Part shown: piece after piece, positions 53,277 to 64,000 of the stretch
Layout of the letters: every line of letters starts with the position of its first letter
Position numbering within the stretch: position 1 is the first letter of the stretch
NCBI RefSeq assembly: GCF_009914755.1
Contig: NC_060937.1
Direction: 5' to 3' (one strand)
Length of the DNA stretch: 64,000 bases
DNA from: the human T2T-CHM13v2.0 reference genome, Homo sapiens
Translations under genes and position numbers: made by a program
The notes under the pieces: generated by a model
Databases searched by the model: none
What the model was told of the DNA's origin: nothing
The model's input: only the letters and a program-made list of their open reading frames with translations

Positions 53277-55914
53277 GACCATGGCATGGCATGTTCTATA
53301 AAATTCATAGTATTTCTGTTGCTGTAATTATGCAAAAGTTTATTTAAAGGACTCCTGGGCCAATTATTGCAAAAGGAAATATCATATTAAAACGTATAGA
53401 ATATAAAGGATGGGATATCCAATTTTTGTGAATAATTTCAAAAGACATTACACATAAACTTATCTGACATGTTGTAATATGGAGACAGTGAGAGCCACAT
53501 TTATCTGAATATAGAAAGGAAGACTCAAATCCATGCATTAACACTAACTCAGTTTGGAGGTCAAGCATTGAGGAAGCATGTCCTAAAGGTAATAGAGGCA
53601 AAAAACCAAAACATAACCAAAATAAAACTAAAGGCTTATGACTGCTTCCTACTATAGATTTTCCATAAATGCAGAGATTATGTCTGTTCTTCAGAGAAGC
53701 ACTGTCCTACAATACTGTATAAAATAAACAAAGTCTAATAAAATGGTCTAATTGCCCAGTGCTCCTAAGTTAATGAGAGGACAGTAGTATTAGTTTAGCA
53801 CACACACTTACCCCATTTATATACATCTTATATTTTACCAGGCATTATTATTGATAGCTTATTTAATTAAATCTTTACATCAAACTTGAGGTAAAGAGAA
53901 AAACTATTATAAATATTTTATAATGGATAAAACAATTATGAATATTTAAAATGTTATCAAATGTTTCAGTGTGAGAAATAATATGTTATACGCATAAACT
54001 GTAAACATTAGTGGCAAACAATTCAACATGTTGTTATTGTCTTTGTTCTGTATATTTGGAAACCAGGAAATTGAAGTCAATATGGTGTCATACATTGCAT
54101 TTGATGGAGCTAAAAATGAAATCTAGATCTGTGTATTTCCAATGCCCTTGGTCGTTGTGCATTAAGGTTTTTTACATATTTAGTGCCATAGAATTAATAT
54201 CTGCTTTTGGCAAAGGATGCTTCAAAATAAAACCAAGATACTTAAATTTGAAGAGATAATAATTTAGAGGAAGCCATGCTTTATCAATGTTAAGAGTTAG
54301 GTGGGCAAAATTTTGTTATACTGTCAGACTCATGAGTATGTATACAAGATTGGCTGCCCCTACATATGTAAAGTATAAGCAGTGGAGCTCTGGCACCCTC
54401 TCCTGACCCTGTGGAAAGTGAGTGTTTCTGCTGTCTCTTACCCCTTTTTCTCTAACTTGTTTTCATCTAGCTTTTCTCTAGTTCCTGCCTGATCAGGTAG
54501 CCATTGATAAAAATAGAGACTTCCTGTGAGCTTTTAAATTTTTAAATTTGCCTCTTCTTTGGATATTTTGAATATTTAAATTTCTTAAAACTCTATCCCA
54601 GTGGAATGAATCTTTAATAGTGAGATATGAGTCAGTATGATGTGTGCAGGGGGTATTCAGATGTTTGGAGCTGCACTGCCCTTCAAATTATACCTATCAA
54701 TCTTGAGTTCCTTAAAAGGTGACATTATAAAAACATAATAATGATTAATTTAAATCCCAATAACTTTGAGAAAAAGGCTTATGGTGAAAAATATTTGTAC
54801 AAAGTCATTTTAGTCATTATTTGCCAAAGTGCAAGTTGGCAAAAATGAAAAAAGATTGGGCAATTTCTCCTTATTCTATAGTGAAGTTGCAGACACTGAG
54901 AATAATACAATAAATGCACTATCTCATTAATGTCATCTATCAGTATAGGCAGAATTGGACATTATTTTCTTTGAATTCTGCTTTAAAAAAGGAAACTAGT
55001 TGTAGACACTTTATTTTTTAATACACATTTTTTTCATAGCTGTACAGAGTGAATTTTACTTCAAATGTAACTAATAGTTTATAAACATGAATGTCCAAAA
55101 ATATTGATATAAAATACTTATACATAATACCCATTATATTTATTATATTTAATGCACATATGCAGGTATGTTTAATCTAAATCCCATGTGAAAACTCTTT
55201 AAGGTATAGGCAGTTCACTGTATAGGTGTGAAGTGCTACAGTTTCTAAGTCATTCTTTCATATTATTCAGAGGAACATATAAGCAATCACACTTTGCAAT
55301 TTATTTTATGTGCCAGTAGATGTATATTGTAGATTCAGTGGTAGCTGAATCTATAATTATTTATTTATTAGAATACTAATAAATTTAGAATATTTTAAAT
55401 GTTTATCCAAATGACTATGCAGACTGTTTGAAGAGGTTACAAATATCACAGACAGTTAATTAGATGCTCAGGAGAGCTACACATGAGAGACTTTCCCGGC
55501 TGCTTCATGGCCTCAATTTAAACTACTCTAGGTCCTCCTATTTAGACGTAAGGCCAGATGTCCTTGATCATCTGCAAGAGTAGTGAAAGGAGTTGTTTCA
55601 CGTATCACTGTTTAAGGTACAGGCCGGTGACACCATCTGTGAAAAGGAAAATCTAGCTCAGTTTTTGTAGAGCAATTTGAAAGGAGATAATTCATAGAGT
55701 TTTAGCACTAGAAATGCTGTGTCATTTGGCTTCGTACCAGAGCAGGACTGAAGGACAGTGCTAACTTTTGCCATACAAAATGTCATTTCCAGTACCCCAG
55801 ACTATTATTTTCATCATTAACATAGATTGCTAGGTTTTTTTTTCCCAGAAAACATATAGTTTGATTAATTCCCAATCTTACAATTAAGGAGATTTAAAAT
55901 CCTAATACAACTAG

Positions 55915-56712
55915 ACAAAAGAACATGGAGCAAAAGAAACTGTCATTTATTATTGGTGGAAAACTAAAATGGTACAGCCACTTTGGAAGGCAATTTGCAG
56001 TTTCTTACAAAACTAAACCTCATCTTATGATAAGGTCTAGCAATCACACTCTTGGTATGAGTATTTACTTAAAATATATGTCCTCACAAAAACCTGCACA
56101 TTAATGGTTATAGCATTTTTTTCTTAATTGCCACAATTTGGAAGCAACCAAGATGTAATCTTGTAGTTGAATGGATAAGCAGACTGGTAATCCATGCAAT
56201 GGAATATTATTCAGTCATAAAAACATGAAGTATCAAGCAACAAAAAGACATGGAGGATACTCATATAAATATTGTCAAGTATTAAATAAAAGTAGTTACT
56301 CTGAAAAGGCTACATACTAGACTGATTCTAACTATATGTCTTTCTGGAAAAGATAATAAAAACAATAAGAGCTGTGGTTTCCAGTGGTTGGTGGGAAGTG
56401 GGGGAGGGATAAACAGTTGGTTATGATACTATAGTGGTGGTTACCTCCCATTATGGTTTTGTCAAAGCCCATAGCTTGTACAATACAAAGAGTGAACACT
56501 AATGGAAACTATGGAATTTTGTTAATAGTAATGTATCATGTTCTCTCATCGATTGTAAGAAATGTGCCATAGTATTTCAAGATATTTATAATAAGGGAAG
56601 CTGTGTGGAAGGAGTGTTAGGTGAGGGGAGTAGAGAGCAGCTTACTGTAGTTTCCACTCATTTTTTTCTACAAACCTGAAACAGCTCTAAACAATAACGT
56701 CTATTAATGTTT
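55915..56712 (+). mobile_element. L1MC-like 3' end
   Basis: 'aaaatggtacagccactttggaag...tttcttacaaaactaaac...ctgaaaaggctacatact...aaacctgaaacagctctaaa'. Confidence 0.82.
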
Positions 56713-56719
56713 TAAAAAG

Positions 56720-58230
56720 TATATTATGTCCAGAAGTAGATCTTCATATATACAGTGGGGAAAGGCTGATTTTGTTACTATATAATGCCAAATGAATTGG
56801 AAAATTGTATAGAAAATAATTTTCTCTTGATCCTTAATTGCAAGGATAAACATAATCAATCCATATTAATTGTAGGTCTGAATGTACACAGGTAACCAAT
56901 AAAGTTTTGAGAAGAATACACAGGAGGATATTTGTATGTCCTTAGAGAAAGGCACAAATCTTTATCTAGGACACTGAGAGCACTCAAATAAAAACCTGGA
57001 AACTAGCAAATTAGACTTCATTACTTTTAAGAAACCATGTATCCCAAAATATGAGAAAACATATTCACAATAAAGATATTTAGCAAAATATTATTATCTA
57101 TAACATATAAAAATTACTATAAATATTAGTAAATATAGAAATAAAGATTTATTATAAATCATTTTCAAAAAGATTCTAGTAGAAATAGACAAACGAACAA
57201 GCATTTCACAGGAGATAATACATTACCTACTGTCATTGTTAAAATACTTTTTAATTAAATACAATATACTGGCAAAAACATTTAGCAACCAGAAAAGTTA
57301 CAGAATATTGGTGAAAAGAGAATATCTGACAAACACCTTAAAAAAATCTTTGCCAGCATCTGTTAAAGATGAACATCTGAATACCCTATGATACAGAAAT
57401 TCCATTTTTAGGTTTAAACCCAGCAGAAACACATAAATATGTTTATTTAATGGCCTTTAGTTAGCTGCTGTTACCAGCTCTATTCATCATAGCCCCAAAT
57501 TGAAAACTCATAAATTATCAGCATAATGTATATATAATATTTCATATATTTATAGAGTGAAATGCTATATAACATTCATTTTTAATGGAGTGATATCACT
57601 CTTAATAGTTTTGGGGATCACAAAATATTTTATACTCTTTTTATGTAGAAAGTGTGTATATATATATTTTAAGTGTATATATATATATTTACACACACAC
57701 ACAAACACACTATGTATATATATATTCACACATATACACACAGTCTCATATATTGAATTCTTCTATTATTAGGGAATAGAGTTTTTAGCTGAATTAAAAA
57801 TAATATTGTTATTGACCATATCTTAGGCCATACTAAAATAATTCTATAAATTATAAAAATGAAAATCATATAAAAATATTGGAGCAAAATGCAATAAAAT
57901 CAGAAATTAAACACAACTGAAAAAAAAGCCCCCATCCACATGGCAAAAAGAAAACATGCCTTTATACTATGTTTCTGCCTAAGAGAGACACAAGTATATA
58001 TAATTGCAAAACATCAAAAATAGCAGTAAAGATAGTCCAACATACTAGAATCTCTGTAATCAATCTGGAAAAATCCACTGAGGAAAATCCATAAACTTCA
58101 CTTCCCAAATAAAGAAGAAAAACAAGTGAATTAAATTTCAATCTAAAAAATCTATGACAAGTACAGCACAGTGTATTACAATATATTGAATAAATAAAAA
58201 AATACGAAGCCACCAAAATGTGGGAGTAAT
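56720..58230 (+). mobile_element. Very old L1ME-like ORF2 fragments with a (TA)/(CA) tract at about 57650-57745
   Basis: Diverged A-rich L1 segments ('aacaagcatttcacagg', 'ttgaccatatcttaggccata'). Confidence 0.55.
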
Positions 58231-58408
58231 AATAAAAAGTTATATATATCTATATATGTATATATAAAGTGCTATCAAAAATAAATTTTAAAAGTTGGAA
58301 ATTGACAGGCAATACTTTGTGCTATTCTTTTAAAGTTGCTTCTCACCCCTTTCTTAATCCATATCAATCACTGATATGTTCTCCATATCTCTGATTTTGT
58401 TATTTTGA

Positions 58409-58834
<426 letters not shown>

Positions 58835-58913
58835 CTGGTTATTATTAAATTGGATGGATATTGAATAGATATACCAGAGTTTAACAATTTATTTATTGAA
58901 GGATATTTGTGTT

Positions 58914-59400
58914 TTTAGGAGAGAAAAAATAATATTATTTTTTCACTCAACTCAAGGTTTACTGCTGAGATGTCTATAACAAAAGATAAATTAATGACAG
59001 AAAAATATACACATTTATTTAATATGTGTTATGTAACACAGGTACATTCAAAAATGAAGACCCAAAGAAACGGAAAACCCCACGCATTTTTATGTTAAGT
59101 TTGATGAAGGGTAGACAGTCATGTAGAAGTACGATTGCACAATGGGGATCTGATCTAATGGTCATAAACTAAGTTCTAGGAATTTTGTAAGGCCTGTATA
59201 TTCAGATTCTTCTTGGCGTCTCTGTGTCTTCTAGGATATGGATGTTACTTTTTCTCCAAGCATAGGGAAAGTGCCTCTGAAATAAAGATTTTATGACTTG
59301 CTTCAGGAAAGAAGAGCAAGAGGAAGGTGACGGTGATCTTCCTGAATCTGCTGTTTTCTCAAATGCCCAGGTACCATATTTTGGTGTAACGTCCCCATCA
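58914..59400 (-). mobile_element. ERV1-class solo LTR (MER31/MER67-like)
   Basis: 'ctataacaaaagataaattaa...atttatttaat...aaatgaagacccaaagaaac...tgatctaatggt...ccatattttgg...ccccatca'. Confidence 0.7.
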
Positions 59401-59462
59401 CATCATTGTCACCAGTTTTGGGATATTACAAATAAGATTTGTAATGAATATTCATAAGCAGA

Positions 59463-59759
<297 letters not shown>

Positions 59760-60354
59760 ACATGAGCAGAATTTTGTGTGGAAATAAGTTTTCATTTCTT
59801 TGAGATCAGTTATGTATTTGTTCTGTTTCTTTTTCCAACTTTTTAAAAAATTTCAGCTGGAATAACTTTTAACTAATTGTCTTCAAATTCAATGATTCTT
59901 TTCTCTGCTGTGTTCAATTTGCTGATAACCCACTGAGGACATTCTCATTTCTTACACATATGTATGCATGTGTGTATGTTTGTGTGTGTGCGTGCATGCG
60001 TTTTCATTAATCTCATTTTTATAGTTTCCATTTCTGTGTATTATAATATTCTATCTCTGGTTATGCATATTTGATACCTTTTCCACTAGATTCTTTATAA
60101 TGCAAAAGTTATTTATAAATATTTTTTTCCCTAGTAATTCCAACATTTGGGCCCTTTATGTATCTTCTTCTTTTGATATCTATTGAATGTGGATGATTTA
60201 TATTCATGGTGTGTATGTGTGTATACATTTCTTTATTGGATTACAGACATATTATGTATATAAACAATAAAAATTGAGATAAATAATCTTTGTGCCCAGT
60301 AATAGACATGCCTTTTCTTTTTTAAATTGTTAAAGGTTATGTCAAAAAGACTCA

Positions 60355-61600
60355 GGTGTCATATTGAAGAGGCTGCCACTGGGCAAACATGATACAATTT
60401 GAGCTCCAAAAGTGGTAATATGTAAGACTAAATTAAATTCATCAAATATGTTTAAAGTCATAATTTCTTAATAATAATAATTAGACAATTTTAGGAAAAT
60501 AATAGGGAAGCAAATCATTATCCTTAAAATAAGATATAAAAGGAAAAGATTTATCCTGTCCTTCCAAAGGAGTTATATTACTATGAAACCAAATAGTAGT
60601 TGCTATGGTCTGAATACTCATGTCTCCCCAAAATCTCTGTTTTGAAATCCTCACTCCCAAGTTGGATGGTTTCAGGAGGTGGAGCCTTTGGGCAATGATT
60701 AAGTAATAGGTTGGGCCCCTCGTGAGTAAGATTCATGCCCTTATAAGAGGTCTGAGAGACATTCCTCATCCCTTCCACCATGTAAGGACACAGAAACAAG
60801 GCACTGTCTATGAGCCAGGAATTGGGCTCTGACCAGACACTGAATCTGCCTTGGCCATGGACATTCCAGCTTCCAGAAGTAAGAGAAATAAATTTCTAGT
60901 TTGTGGTTATTTGTTATAGTGGCCCAAGTGGACTCAGGCAGTAATTGAACCGTGTTTTTACCTTTAATTTGGCTATTGCCATTTGCTACTCACTAGGCAG
61001 CAGCAATTGATTTAGTCATGGAAGGTCAACCACTGATTATACCACAAGACGTGCTTCTTGATAAAACAAGACAATACCTATAGTCTTGCCAAAGGAATTG
61101 AAAATGAATCTGAGGAAAACTCTGGGGCCAACTGGCAATTTGCAAAAAGTATAAATGACAGAGGAACATCCTGAAATGAGTATGCAATCAGCAAAATCCA
61201 GACTGCAGAAAAACCTAAATGTCAAACATCACATGATTTTCAACAAATAAGTTACAAGGAAATAAAAAGGACAGAAGGGAATCTGTAAATTAGAAAAGAC
61301 TGAAACATAAAATTAAAATAAAGTTGGCAAGACTAAACTGTTATTTGGGAAGCACACCTGGAGGATAAAACGTTGATAATATGAAAGGAAATGACTAATA
61401 TAAGAGTCAGGATGCTGGCTAATCTTGAGGGAAAGGGTGGTTTTGAGACTGAATCTGAGCCCATGAGGAGCCTCTACTGTTTGTGGCTTTGTTATATTTC
61501 TTGGATTTTGTAGTTTTTACCTTATTAAAATTTATAAGAATTTACTAAGCCATGTGACTGCTGTTTACAGTTTTCTTCCATCTGTATTCTATTTTACATT
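60355..61600 (+). mobile_element. L1MC4/5-like 3'UTR, split by MLT1A
   Basis: 'ttgaagaggctgccactgggcaaacatgatacaatttgagc' and 'atgcaatcagcaaaatccagactg'. Confidence 0.65.
60601..60940 (+). mobile_element. MLT1A0-like solo LTR
   Basis: 'tgctatggtctgaat...accagacactgaatctgcc...gactcaggca'. TSD gtagt/gtaat. Confidence 0.88.
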
Positions 61601-61696
61601 TAAAGAGGCTTTTTAAAAAGACAGAGAAGATCATTTTACATATTAATCCTTAATAATTCAGAAGGGCACAATGAAACTGCACTGAGATACTAATAG

Positions 61697-62017
<321 letters not shown>

Positions 62018-62563
62018 TACATTTTTCTTTATGTGAAAAGAATCAAAGAACATCAATGTACTCTTTCTTGTTAATAGTTTCCAAAAAGTCATTTATTTGA
62101 TGACTGGGTAGATCCCATTATTTAATTATTTTGAAAAGTACATATTTTATTTTATTCATGAGTCATGGTCATTTTAAGAGTTTGGATTTCACCTGAACAG
62201 AATTGTGGTTTATTTTAACATTCAATGAAATAATAGATCAATTCAACAAACTACACATTTCACACTTGCTTTGAGATAAATTGACCTTCACCGAATTAGC
62301 TTCTCTTCACAAGGTAACCTATATAAAAAATGCCAATTTGCATGAAGACCTTTTAAAAGACAGCAGGGGTTCAGTACAAGCTACTGAGAGTTTTCTTGTT
62401 CTCTAACAGAAATTCACTCAAGAATAATGAAAAGTGACTTTTTCATGCACCTTCCTTTATTTTCGTGCCTGAAATCACAGATTGTACACAAAGGGAATGT
62501 GCTAAGCTGAACATAGGCAAGAAACAGCAATGGCAGCAACAACAAAAGTTAGTGATGCATTGA

Positions 62564-62640
62564 AATCTATATATCGTTATGTAGTCCCTCCCCATATATA
62601 TATACAGACATAGAAGGGACTACATAACGATATATAGATT
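62564..62640. repeat. Perfect 26-bp inverted repeat with a 25-nt loop
   Basis: aatctatatatcgttatgtagtccct (62564-62589) is the exact reverse complement of agggactacataacgatatatagatt (62615-62640). Confidence 0.97.
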
Positions 62641-63269
62641 GTATATATGTATATATATATATAGAGAGAGAGAGAGAGACAGATTTCTCTCTATTTCTTG
62701 ATTATATATTATATAATATATAATATGCTATATTATATATTACATAATATGTAACATTCTATTTCTTGATTATATATTACATATATATATAATCAGCAAA
62801 CTGCTATTCCCAGAAAAATTATTTAAGCAATACCTCTTTCACTTCCTTAAGAAAAAGCAATACTGGATTAGAAATATTTTTTAAAAATTAAACATTCTAT
62901 GAAAGTGACCTGTGAATGCACAATCAGTGCTTTTTGCTCTTGTTATACATGCAAAGAGGTATGGAGAGTGCCAGTAGGTTTTAATGTATTTACAGCATTG
63001 AACATAAAGGTCAATCATCTAAAAAGAAAAAGGCATCAGCAGTTAGAAACTGCATTCCAATGCATAGATTTGCAGCCAAAGAATTTTATTATTAATGAGA
63101 CACAAAGAGAGCAAATAATTTTCAGATGCAATTTATGAAGATTAGATATCATCTGTATAACAGAAAGAAGCAAAGATCAATATATTCACATTTTACTTGT
63201 TTTGCTGCTAAGCATGTCTGTCGATTTATTTTTGTAAATATTGTCTTTTTATTGTTATTACTTCTATGA

Positions 63270-63669
<400 letters not shown>

Positions 63670-64000
63670 CTTTACACTATTTACTTACCATAATTTTTAC
63701 ATTCTAAGTATGAAGAATTCATTCTAGTTGAATTTTTCCCCCACTGGGTGTTAGATTCTTAGTTTTCCTCTAGATGGCGGAGTAGTATTCTAAATGTAAA
63801 AGATGTCCTTTGTGATAAACATTTTAAACATTTATGTTGTATTTGCCAGCCTGGTTGAAAAATATTTTTCCCCTTTTCTGCAGTTAAAACAGAGTACATT
63901 CATGTGGTATATTTTGAAATTGGCATATACAATGAAATAAGGAACAAGTAAGTGCAATATTTTTAAAGTTAATTAAGTGATAGCATATGGAAAAGTGTAG

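Overview
This window is primate (human-like) non-coding genomic DNA, not prokaryotic. It is AT-rich, CpG-depleted and mostly made of nested, decayed interspersed repeats: several multi-kb LINE-1 copies, 13 Alus (most with recognisable target-site duplications), MaLR LTRs (MLT1, MST, THE1, including a two-LTR THE1), a broken LTR12, an ERVL pol relic, L2/MIR fragments and microsatellites. I found no intact protein-coding gene, RNA gene or CRISPR array. The ORFs in the track are repeat-derived or chance. I cannot support a new biological system here. What the sequence does show is a series of templated-insertion, template-switch and inversion scars, several checkable against paralogous repeat copies in the same window. 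These include a perfect 26-bp hairpin, a derived palindrome carrying two CRE-like sites, an L2-like fragment captured inside a younger L1, and an inverted, split LTR12. A 3.5-kb largely unique island also carries a CTCF-like motif and candidate minus-strand exons. Subfamily names come from my recollection of consensus sequences and need RepeatMasker/Dfam confirmation. Boundaries of old elements are approximate.
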